From: Spirochaetia bacterium
GTDB taxonomy: Bacteria > Spirochaetota > Spirochaetia > SZUA-6 > Bin103
Reading direction: 5' to 3'
Assembly (NCBI GenBank): GCA_965203905.1
Contig: CBDBDQ010000005.1
Coordinates: forward strand, 2,624,001-2,688,000
DNA: 64,000 nt
A program made the position numbers and the translations under genes. Under the pieces are notes generated by a model that was given only the letters and a program-made list of their open reading frames with translations, was not told the DNA's origin and ran no database searches. The number at the start of each line of letters is the position of its first letter. Positions within the stretch are counted from its first letter, which is position 1. Shown piece after piece: positions 29,799-38,345 of this stretch.

Positions 29799-31694
29799 AT
29801 GGCAACAGGCACCAGGCGCAGGAAGACCACCGGCCGTACGCGGCGCGGAGCGAATGACGGCCGTGGACGGCTGCGCATCGGCAACCAGTGGAACGCGATC
29901 ACCATCATTGCGCTGTCGCAGAACAGCCCGCTGAAGGCGATCGCGGAGTTCGTGGAGAACTCCATCGACGCGCGCGCACGCAACATCACCATCGTCCGCG
30001 GCCGGGAGCAGGGCGAGCCCTACCTGCGGGTTGTGGACGACGGCGAGGGCATCCGCCTGAACGACGCCGGCGTACCCGACTTCGACTACGTCGCCACCCA
30101 CGTCTGCGACTCGATCAAGCGCCGGCTCAAGGCGCGGGGCGCCACCGGCATCCAGGGCGAGTTCGGCATCGGCCTGCTCAGCTTCTGGACCGTCGGCGAG
30201 CGCCTGGTGCTCTCCTCGGCCGGCGCCGACGGCCGCGTACACGACATGGAGATGATCAAGGAGGAGCCACACTACAAAGTCACCAAACGGCGGCTGCTGA
30301 TCTCGCAGCCGGGCACCGAATTGTTGGTCAAGCCGCTGCTGCCCGGCATCCGCCAGCTCAACCCGGAGCGGATCCAGGCGTTCCTGGCCAGCGAGCTGCG
30401 CGAACGGATCCGTTCCTCCGGGGTGCGCATCCGCATCAAGGACCGGCGCGCGCGCAAGGACCTGGAGGTTGTGCCGCGCGAGTTCACCGGGCGGCTGCTG
30501 CGCGAGATCGGACCGGTCAACACGCCGGACGGCGCGGTAGAGGCCGAACTCTACGTCGGCGAGGCGCAGCCCGAGCACCGCGTAGCGCTGTTTCGCAATG
30601 GCACCCGCGTGGTGCCCGACATCAGCCGGCTGCCGGGGCTGGAGCGCGAGCCGTGGACCTCCGGCCTGCTGCGCGGGATGATCGACGCGCCGTTCCTGCA
30701 GCTCACCCCCGGCACTCGCGGCGGGGTGGTGTTCGACGCCCGCTACGCCACGCTGTGCCGGGCGCTGGAGGAGCTGGAGCCGCGCGTCATCGAGCAGGTG
30801 GAGCGCGAGCGTGCTGCGGCCGAGGAGGAGGCCAGCCGCAGCATTCTGCGCTCGGTGCGCAAGGCGCTCACCGAGGGACTGCTCGCGCTGCCCAACGCCG
30901 ACTACCAGTGGCTGGAGGTGGCCGAGCCGCGCCGCCGCACGGCAGCCGGTGCGCCGGGCAACGCCACCTCGGCGCGCGACGAGAGCGCCGGCGACACGCC
31001 CCTGATCGGCCTCGAAGACGCCGCGGGCTCGCTCGCTCCGGAGCCGGGGGTCACCCCTTCCGAGGCGGGCGACGACGCCGGGGGGCGCGCATTTCACGAG
31101 CACGCGGGGGCGCTGTACAAGGTGACGGTGTCGCCGGCTTCCGCCGTGGTGAAGGTCGGGGAGACGTGCACGATCCGCTGCTTGCCCAAGGATCGCCGCG
31201 GCCGGCCGATCGAAGCCGGGGTGGAGGTGAGCTGGCAGGTGGTCGACGGCGCCGGCAGCCTGCGCGACCGCGACCGCGAGGTGGTGACCTTCGCAGCCCC
31301 GGCCGAGCCGGGCCTCTCGGTGATCCGGGTTACCGCCCGCCAGCAGGAGAGCGAGTGCAGTGCGGATGCCAGCGTGACCATCACCGAGTCGCTCGGCGAC
31401 CGTTTCGACAGTCCGCAGCAGAACAACGGGCGCGGCATTCCCCGCTATACCTTCCGCCATGCACCGGGCGAGTTGTGGCGCTCGCGCTACGACGCGCAGA
31501 ACAACCTGATCGTGGTCAACAACGGCCACAATGACTACCGATACGCTTCCGAGAAGCGGGCGCGCGAGCTGCGCTACATGCTGCGCCTGTACGCCAAGGA
31601 GCTGGTGCTGGAGAACTTCCCCGGCCAGGACCGCGGCGAGCTGCTGGAGCGGATGATCGAGCTCTCCCTCTACGCCGAGGAGCACCTGCGTTAG
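29799..31694 (+). CDS. GHKL (MORC/HATPase_c_3-like) ATPase with Ig-like C-terminal region
   Basis: EFVENSIDA, DDGEG, GEFGIG and GT GHKL motifs. Beta-rich segment VTVSPASAVVKVGE. Confidence 0.75.
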   Translation: MATGTRRRKTTGRTRRGANDGRGRLRIGNQWNAITIIALSQNSPLKAIAEFVENSIDARARNITIVRGREQGEPYLRVVDDGEGIRLNDAGVPDFDYVATHVCDSIKRRLKARGATGIQGEFGIGLLSFWTVGERLVLSSAGADGRVHDMEMIKEEPHYKVTKRRLLISQPGTELLVKPLLPGIRQLNPERIQAFLASELRERIRSSGVRIRIKDRRARKDLEVVPREFTGRLLREIGPVNTPDGAVEAELYVGEAQPEHRVALFRNGTRVVPDISRLPGLEREPWTSGLLRGMIDAPFLQLTPGTRGGVVFDARYATLCRALEELEPRVIEQVERERAAAEEEASRSILRSVRKALTEGLLALPNADYQWLEVAEPRRRTAAGAPGNATSARDESAGDTPLIGLEDAAGSLAPEPGVTPSEAGDDAGGRAFHEHAGALYKVTVSPASAVVKVGETCTIRCLPKDRRGRPIEAGVEVSWQVVDGAGSLRDRDREVVTFAAPAEPGLSVIRVTARQQESECSADASVTITESLGDRFDSPQQNNGRGIPRYTFRHAPGELWRSRYDAQNNLIVVNNGHNDYRYASEKRARELRYMLRLYAKELVLENFPGQDRGELLERMIELSLYAEEHLR

Positions 31695-31713
31695 CGCCCT
31701 GGGCTCCGGGGCG

Positions 31714-31941
31714 TCAGTCCTCTATGGCCAGCGCTACTTTGAGACTCCCGTTCAGGCTCTCCATCCTGGTGTCCGACAGCGTGCCCAAGTAGTTGGTGAG
31801 GGCAGCCTTGGGCAGGCTCACCAACTCGTCGCAGTGCACCGCACTGTCGTGCTTCAGACCCTCGGGCACACCGACCGGAACCTGGGTAGCAATTCCGGCC
31901 CGGGTCGTGAATACGGGAGTGCACACCTCTCAACGCTTCAT
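31714..31941 (-). pseudogene. MazF/PemK toxin remnant
   Basis: ATG AAG CGT TGA (MKR*) then VCTPV...EGLKHDSAVHCDELVSLPK. The N-terminal catalytic segment is missing. Confidence 0.8.
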
Positions 31942-32165
31942 GCGTCGTCCTGATACTCCAGCACCTCACGCGCCTCGCGGTTGAATTCGTCGGCGTGGGC
32001 GTCGAGTGCGGCAAGCTCCTTCCGATCACGTTCGGCGCGCCGGAGTGCCCGCAGATGGCTCCACGTGGCCTCCTTGATGAACGCCGATCGGTTTCTGGGC
32101 TCGACCTCCTCGGAAAGGACCCGCAAGAGCTCGTCGGATAGTGTTACAGATGTCTTGACTTTCAT
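31938..32165 (-). CDS. Ribbon-helix-helix antitoxin
   Basis: MKVKTSVTLSDELL...NRSAFI. Its stop overlaps the MazF ATG. Confidence 0.85.
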   Translation of the reverse strand: MKVKTSVTLSDELLRVLSEEVEPRNRSAFIKEATWSHLRALRRAERDRKELAALDAHADEFNREAREVLEYQDDA

Positions 32166-32263
32166 ACCCCAAAACCGGCACGGCTACGGCAAGCCGCCGC
32201 GGCTGACGATGAGGAGCGGAACCGTGACGGTACGCCGGTCCACACCAGGAGGCCGCCTCACAC

Positions 32264-32921
32264 CTATTGACGGGACCTCCGTTGCTGCGTCCCTTGGTTC
32301 TGTCGCTGGAAGTCCTGGCGAACACTGGGAATGTTTATGCTTCCCCAACAACACTGGGTCAGTTGCGCCCCGGCGGGTGGAAACGCCCCATGGATGACCT
32401 TGAGACCCCGTGTTTGTAGAAACTCGGCCAGCGGTACGAAATCCTGGTCGGCCGAGACCAGCACCGGCGATATCGTAGTTCTTTATCCAAGCGAGGCTGA
32501 TCATATCCGTCGCCATCCGAACGTCGACGCCCTTTTCCTCGGTCCCGCGCATGTCGGCGCTGCAAGAGGGACAGACAGTCACGGGCGTAAGACACGTCGG
32601 ACACTTAGGCGGTGAACGCTTCTTCTGACGGGGGACCATCGAAACCGTTACGCCCGGAAATGTGCCGACGACCGTTGTCGCCCACTGATGGAGCTTCTTT
32701 TCTGTGATTCGGTCGTATGACCCGTAGAAGTTTAGTCCTTGATACTCGCCGGTTGCGGTAGCGTCGACCTTCGCGACCGCTGCGCGCGCTAGCTTAGGAC
32801 CAAGCTTCGCCCAATCTGTCGCGAAGGTTGAGTCTACGTTGTCACGCATGGTCAGGGTGTAGTTCCAGAAATCGACGAACACCCTTACGCGGTGGCGTTG
32901 TTGTTGGTCATCATCGGGCAC
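32264..32921 (-). pseudogene. NYN (LabA/DUF88, PIN-like) nuclease with CxxC insert, frameshifted at about 32465
   Basis: VFVDFWN and EEKGVDV motifs, then YDIA|VLVSADQDFVP in a different frame because of one extra G. Confidence 0.85.
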
Positions 32922-33045
32922 TGGTTGGGTCCTAATGAAATACAGGGACGCATAAGGCGCCCCTGGGGTTCAAATGATCGGACTCCGTGTGTCCCTATCT
33001 GGGCGGCAGTCCGATGGGTAATGATGCTCCTTAGAAACCAAGCAT

Positions 33046-34440
33046 TCAGGCAGCCTCCGGAACGAGTTTGAAGCCGAGAGCGCGGGCCTGATTTCGAAGT
33101 CGCCGTTCATGGCGTTTACGGTCCTGGCGCTGTTGCTGGAGCAGAACGTTGTCATCGTAGAGGACGTGGCGGGTCACCAGGTGGTAGATGATGCGCGCCA
33201 GCTTGTGGGCGGTGTCGGTAATCGCCTGCGGGGAGCCGACGCGGGCCCGCTTGCGGCGGAAGAAGTCACCGAGCGCGGAGTGGCTGCGGTACAGGGTCTG
33301 GGTTGCCATGCGCAGCGCCTGTGCCGCACGGTTGGCGCCGGGCCCCGTCTGAGAGCTGATCACCTTGCCGCCGGTGATCTTGTTCTGCGGACAGAGGTTC
33401 AACCAGGATGCGAACTGCGCGGCGCTCGGAAAGCGTGACAGATCGGGGCCGAGTTCGCTGAACAGCACCAGCGCGGTAGTGTCGCCGATACCGGGAATGA
33501 GGGTCAGGTCGGTGCCGAACAACCGCGTCAGGTGGGCTTTCATGTTGCACGCTTGCGGAGGCGACGCAGGCGGTTCCGGGCCCGGTTCAGGGGATTCCGG
33601 CGGTTGCTGGTCGGTAGCGGTCGCGGCGGGCGGCTCCTGGGTCTGCTCGAACGCGCGGATGCGGGCCATGATCTCCTGGTCACACTCACTGATGAGCTGC
33701 TGGTAGTGCGCATAGGTCTGGCGTGCGTGGCGCAAGGTGAACAGATGTTCGCTGCGCCAATCACCCTCCAGAGCCTTGATCAGGGTGGCACGGCTGGCCT
33801 TGATCCGCGGGTGCGCCAGCTTCGCCAAGCGCGTCGGGTCGCGCTCTCCGTCCAGGATGGCGTCGGTGATGGCCAGGCCGCTGAGCCCGGTCAGATCGGA
33901 GATCGCGTGGTGCAGATGGACGTTCATCTGATCGAACGCCTTCTGCATGTGCAGTACGCTGCGGGAGGCGGTCTTGATCACGCTGTCGCGATGGCGCAAC
34001 AAGGAGCGCACCGCACATACCTCGTCAGCCGGTCGGAACGAGCCGCGCAGAAACCCTACCGAGTGCAGGCAACGCAGCCATTCGCAGTCCTCGACGTCGC
34101 TCTTGCGACCGGGCACCGAGCGCACGTGGCGAGCGTTGACCAGCACCACCTCGAAGCCGCGTGCTTCCAGGATCTGGTGCACCGGGATCCAGTACACGCC
34201 GGTCGACTCCATGGCCACCGTGGTTACCTGGCAGGTACTCAGCCAATCGGCCAAGGCATGCAGATCGCGGGTAAAGGTCGGGAACGATTGGATCGGCTGC
34301 TCGGCGCGCTCAGCGCGTACCGCCGCGTAGATCATGGTGGCGCCCACATCCAGGCCTGCCGCCTCGGGGTGCACCACCTGCGGCTGCGCCGAGCGATTGC
34401 CCTTGCCGCTGCGTTTGCTTCTGCGTTTGCGTCGTGCCAT
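33046..34440 (-). CDS. IS110 family transposase/recombinase
   Basis: GLDVG, MESTGVYW and KSDVED (DEDD RuvC-like domain), IPGIG, SWLNLCP, AHKLARIIY. AGGAGG before the ATG. Confidence 0.96.
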   Translation of the reverse strand: MARRKRRSKRSGKGNRSAQPQVVHPEAAGLDVGATMIYAAVRAERAEQPIQSFPTFTRDLHALADWLSTCQVTTVAMESTGVYWIPVHQILEARGFEVVLVNARHVRSVPGRKSDVEDCEWLRCLHSVGFLRGSFRPADEVCAVRSLLRHRDSVIKTASRSVLHMQKAFDQMNVHLHHAISDLTGLSGLAITDAILDGERDPTRLAKLAHPRIKASRATLIKALEGDWRSEHLFTLRHARQTYAHYQQLISECDQEIMARIRAFEQTQEPPAATATDQQPPESPEPGPEPPASPPQACNMKAHLTRLFGTDLTLIPGIGDTTALVLFSELGPDLSRFPSAAQFASWLNLCPQNKITGGKVISSQTGPGANRAAQALRMATQTLYRSHSALGDFFRRKRARVGSPQAITDTAHKLARIIYHLVTRHVLYDDNVLLQQQRQDRKRHERRLRNQARALGFKLVPEAA

Positions 34441-34449
34441 GACTCCTCC

Positions 34450-34650
34450 TGGGAATGAGTGGAGCGGCCAAGGCGTGAAGCAACTGCGCATTCTCCTTAT
34501 CGGGATGGATCACCACCGCAACCGGTCGCGGGCTGAGCCTCACCAATGACAACGCCACGGGCCTCGGGACCAAGCTTGACAACGGGTTCGCCGCAGGGCG
34601 CTACACCAGTGCATCGCCGGCCTACTTCGCGCTCCCTCGAAGACTAACCC
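34450..34650 (-). ncRNA. Putative IS110 bridge RNA
   Basis: Non-coding end downstream of TATACT (34653-34658), with short matches to the donor junction and target site. Confidence 0.55.
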
Positions 34651-35247
34651 CCAGTATAGGCTTGCAGCCCTGTTTCTCCCATGCCAACTCCGGTCCGTCC
34701 CGGCCCGGGGGGTGAGCTTGACAGCATAAGCCTGGACGTACAGTCACGACAACCCCTCTCTATATGTACGAGGGGAGGGGCAAGGACCTGTCCCGAGCGG
34801 CCCCCCTGAGACTCGCGCGCCTACCTTGTACCGGCGACGACCGGCCCACGTCACCCTCAGCAGTTGGGCTCATGCGTGTCTGGCTCCCACCGCGAGCCGT
34901 CCGTGAACGTCCTCCCCTAGCCCACTATCGTCCACCCGCACCGCCAAGTCGAACCATGACACGGTCCAGGTTCCCCGAACGGTCGCGCTGGGGGCTATCG
35001 TCTCACCCGGCCCCTGCCATCGGCACGTGCACCGGGCCGGCGTGGTCGAGCAGTACAGAGTCCTGCCGTTGCTTGCGTAGAATCTCAACCCATCCTGCCG
35101 GCTCATCCGCCCGTTGCGCATGATGCTGTCAAGCTATCCTACGGGCCGGAGCACTGCGTTGCATGGAAGAAACATGGAAGAGTCGGTACCGTGGGCGACA
35201 TCTTCGAGTGGGGGGGAAGTAGGCCGGCCCTGCATTGGTGTGATCCG

Positions 35248-35296
35248 CCCGCAAGAGCTCTTCGGACAGAGTTACCGATGTCTTGACTTTCATACC
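35248..35296 (-). pseudogene. 5' remnant of the RHH antitoxin (copy of 32120-32168)
   Basis: Encodes MKVKTSVTLSEELLR, with about 4 mismatches over about 48 nt, then diverges. Confidence 0.8.
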
Positions 35297-35321
35297 ACTA
35301 CAAGTACCACTCTGAGGAAGG

Positions 35322-36015
35322 ATGTGTCAGCACCACGCACGGTGGAGTGTGGGCGATGTCGTCGTGCTCAGATACCTGGGCCGGATTCGGGCGGGGATGC
35401 CGGCGATCATGGTCGACGACGGCCGCAAACGGGTGCTGGTCTACCCGCCTCACGGTACGCTGTGGTTCGGTGCCCCGGAAACCGGCGGCGGGCCGTACCG
35501 AGCGGGTCCGCGCGATGGCCCGCGGGGAGACGGTGGTGACGGGACGTCTGGTCCCGTGGCGTAACCACCTGCTGCGCGTGCTGCTGCCGGGGCGGCCCTT
35601 TTCGGTGTGGCTGTTGTGGTCCCCGGAGTGGGAGTTCATGTCCTACTACGTCAACCTGGAGACGCCGTTCGCGCGCTCCGCGGTGGGGTTCGATTCCAGC
35701 GACCACACCCTCGACCTGTGCGTGCGCGCCGACCGCACCTGGTACTACAAGGATCAGGACGAGCTGGACGCCCGCGTTGAGGTGGGCCTGGTGGATGCGC
35801 AGGCGGCCGCCCAGGTGCGGCGCGACGCGGAACAGGCCGTCGCGCTGATCGAGGACTGGCGGCCGCCGTTCAGTTCCGGGCTCGAAGCCTGGCGGCCCGA
35901 TCCGGCCTGGCCCCTGCCCGAGCTGCCGCCGGGGTGGGATGCGCATCCCGCGACGATCGAGCCCTGGCTGCGGATGCCGCCCGGCGGCGCCGGCCGCTCT
36001 GCCGGAGTCACATGA
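35322..36015 (+). pseudogene. DUF402 domain protein, frameshifted at about 35475
   Basis: The N-terminal frame (RWSVGDVVVLR) and the C-terminal frame (YYVNLETPF...DHTLDL...KDQDEL) each align to the downstream paralog. Confidence 0.75.
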
Positions 36016-36737
36016 CCGGTCGGTGGAGCGCCGGAGATCACGTGGTGCTGCGCGCCGTCGGTCCGTTCATGGTGGGCAAGCCCGCTGTCGTCGTCGAGGA
36101 CCGCGCGGACCGCGTATTGTTGTACGTGCCCGATGGAACGCGGTGGTTCGCCCCGAGCACTTCAAGCCCGCCGCCCGGGGGCCGCATCGGATTGATCCGC
36201 GCATTCGCCCGGGGCGAGCTGACGCTGACGGGGCGTCTGACCCCGTGGCGCAACCACGTGGTCCACGTGCTGCTGCCGGGGCGGCCCTTCTCGGTGTGGC
36301 TGTTCTGGTCGCCGAAGTGGGAGTTCAGCTCCTACTACGTCAACCTGGAGACCCCGTTCGCCCGCTCGCCGGCAGGGTTCGACTCCTGCGACCACGTCCT
36401 GGACGTCTGCGTCCGGCCCGATCGGACGTGGTACTACAAGGACCGCGACGAGTTGGAGGTGTGTGTGGAGGTGGGCCTGATGAGCGGTGCGCTGGCCGAC
36501 CGGGTGCGGCGCGACGCCGAGGAGGCGATTGCGCTGATCGAAGCCTGGCAGGCGCCGTTCGACGCCGGGCTCGAGGAGTGGCGGCCCGATCCCGCCTGGC
36601 CGCTGCCGGCTCTGCCGCCGGGATGGGACGCGCATCCCTCGGCGATCCAATCCTGGGTGCGGCTGCCGGCCGCCGGCTCCGGTCGCGGCGCCGGGTACCC
36701 GGTTCAGCGCGGCTCGCGGGCGCCGCGCACGCCGTAG
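36012..36737 (+). CDS. DUF402 domain protein
   Basis: YYVNLETP, DHVLDV and YKDRDEL motifs. ATG overlaps the upstream stop. Confidence 0.82.
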   Translation: MTGRWSAGDHVVLRAVGPFMVGKPAVVVEDRADRVLLYVPDGTRWFAPSTSSPPPGGRIGLIRAFARGELTLTGRLTPWRNHVVHVLLPGRPFSVWLFWSPKWEFSSYYVNLETPFARSPAGFDSCDHVLDVCVRPDRTWYYKDRDELEVCVEVGLMSGALADRVRRDAEEAIALIEAWQAPFDAGLEEWRPDPAWPLPALPPGWDAHPSAIQSWVRLPAAGSGRGAGYPVQRGSRAPRTP

Positions 36738-37966
36738 GCGGCCCAGTGCAGGGCGGGGACCAGGGTCAGCGCGGCGAGCAGCCACACCACCGCCGAGAGC
36801 GAGCCCAGTTCCAGGCCGGCTCCGACGCAGGCGGACCCGGCGGCGCCGAGCAGGGTCATGGCGGCGTGCTCGGTGGCGATAACCCGTCCCCGCAACTCGT
36901 CGGGCACGGTCTCCAGGAGGAGCTGGGTGCTGAACACCCACACCATGCCGGCGCCGATACTGCGCACTGCGGATGCGATCAGCACCAGCGGCAGGCCTGC
37001 CAGCGGTGCCGCCAGCGCCAAGGCAGCGCCCGTCAACAGGTGGCCGACCAGTATCGCCGTGCGCAGTGCCCGGTGCCGGCCGCGTAGGAACGGCTGAACC
37101 ACCAGCGGCCCCAACCCGGAGCCGAGGCCGCCAGCGGCGAACAGCAGGCCGACCGTGGTGCCGCCTGCGTGACCGAGGGGGAAAACGGTACCGGCGATGG
37201 CGACGCTGGCAACCTGGAATCCGGAGAAGAAGAACGACAGGAAGCTCTTCTGCAGCGTCACTACCAGCACCCGCCCGTGCTGCCACAGGTACCCCAGGGA
37301 CTCGGTGTACTCGGCGATGCCGGCGCGCACGGTAGCCCCCAGGCGCACCGGAGCGGCGGCGGCCGAGTGCTTCTGGTTCGCGGTGTAAGGCATACGGACC
37401 AGCAACAGCGCCGACACCACGTAGGTGGCCGCATCCAGGATGAACGCCGCCGCGATGCCGAACACGCCGGCGAACACGCCGCCAGCGGCGGCCCCGACCG
37501 CCAGCATGGTCGACCAGGTGGCGGAGCTCAGCGCGTTGGCCGGTCCCAGCAGCCGCCGCGAGGCGATCTCCGGCAGCATCGCCACCCGCACCGGAAAGAA
37601 CACCCCGCTGATCCCCACCTGCACGCCCGTGAGCAGGAACAGCAGCCACACGTGGTGCGGCTCCCGCACCAGCAGCAGGCCGAGCACCACCACCGCGCGC
37701 AACAGGTCGGTGACGATCAGGATGCGCTTGCGGTTGTAGCGGTCCGCCAGCACGCCGGCGAGCGGGCTGGCGAAGAAGGAGCCCAGCATGCGCACCGCGA
37801 ACAGCGCGCCGAGGGCGGCGCCGGCTCCGGTGAGCTGCGCCAGCAGCGTCGACGAGGCGATGACGTTGAACCAGTCGCCGAACAGGCTGGCGATCTGCGC
37901 GAACCACAAGAGCCGGAACGCCCGGCTGGTGCGGAGCAGTTCCCCGTAGCCGCCGCGATTACGCAT
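36704..37966 (-). CDS. MFS transporter (MFS_3/H+ antiporter-like)
   Basis: AGVLADRYNRK and VPDELRGRV motifs, about 12 hydrophobic segments. Confidence 0.9.
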   Translation of the reverse strand: MRNRGGYGELLRTSRAFRLLWFAQIASLFGDWFNVIASSTLLAQLTGAGAALGALFAVRMLGSFFASPLAGVLADRYNRKRILIVTDLLRAVVVLGLLLVREPHHVWLLFLLTGVQVGISGVFFPVRVAMLPEIASRRLLGPANALSSATWSTMLAVGAAAGGVFAGVFGIAAAFILDAATYVVSALLLVRMPYTANQKHSAAAAPVRLGATVRAGIAEYTESLGYLWQHGRVLVVTLQKSFLSFFFSGFQVASVAIAGTVFPLGHAGGTTVGLLFAAGGLGSGLGPLVVQPFLRGRHRALRTAILVGHLLTGAALALAAPLAGLPLVLIASAVRSIGAGMVWVFSTQLLLETVPDELRGRVIATEHAAMTLLGAAGSACVGAGLELGSLSAVVWLLAALTLVPALHWAAYGVRGAREPR

Positions 37967-37985
37967 CCGAGGCTGTCTTGACGCT

Positions 37986-38189
37986 CTATCGGGAACGCTT
38001 GCGTTCGTGGGCCACTTGATCGGGATCGAGACCCAGCCTCAACACCTCGTGCCGCGCCCAGGCGTAGTCCTGCTCGTCGACCGCGTTGGACAACAGAAAC
38101 TCGGCCTTGCGTTCCTCGGAATACACCTCGACCGGCAGAGCGGCCGGTGGACAGGTCAACTCGCCATCCTCATGTGCCCCGTTTGTCAT
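37986..38189 (-). pseudogene. Probable C-terminal remnant of an AbrB-family antitoxin
   Basis: LPVEVYSEERKAEFLLSNAVD...LGLDPD resembles AbrB-protein C-termini. No N-terminal AbrB domain is present. Confidence 0.5.
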
Positions 38190-38345
38190 GTTCCCGCAGT
38201 GTAGCCGGTTATTCCCACAATCAGAACGTAGTTCGCCACCCCGCCAGGACTATCCCACGCTACGCGACCAGCCGACTGCAATCGTTACTGCCGTTGTCCT
38301 CGGACCGACGCTCAACCGCCCAACTCGCACCCCGGCGAGCGCCAA

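Larger units (their letters stand above)
33027..34679 (-). mobile_element. IS110-family insertion sequence
   Basis: Contains the transposase. CTCC (GGAG) core at both 33027-33030 and 34676-34679. Joining the ends gives the inverted repeat GTTTCT-AAGG-AGAAAC. Confidence 0.75.

Noticed and set aside
34688-34691. Alternative IS110 end at the second CTCC
   Set aside because: The end at 34676-34679 gives the junction inverted repeat and the 9-nt internal match. This alternative is disfavoured but not excluded.
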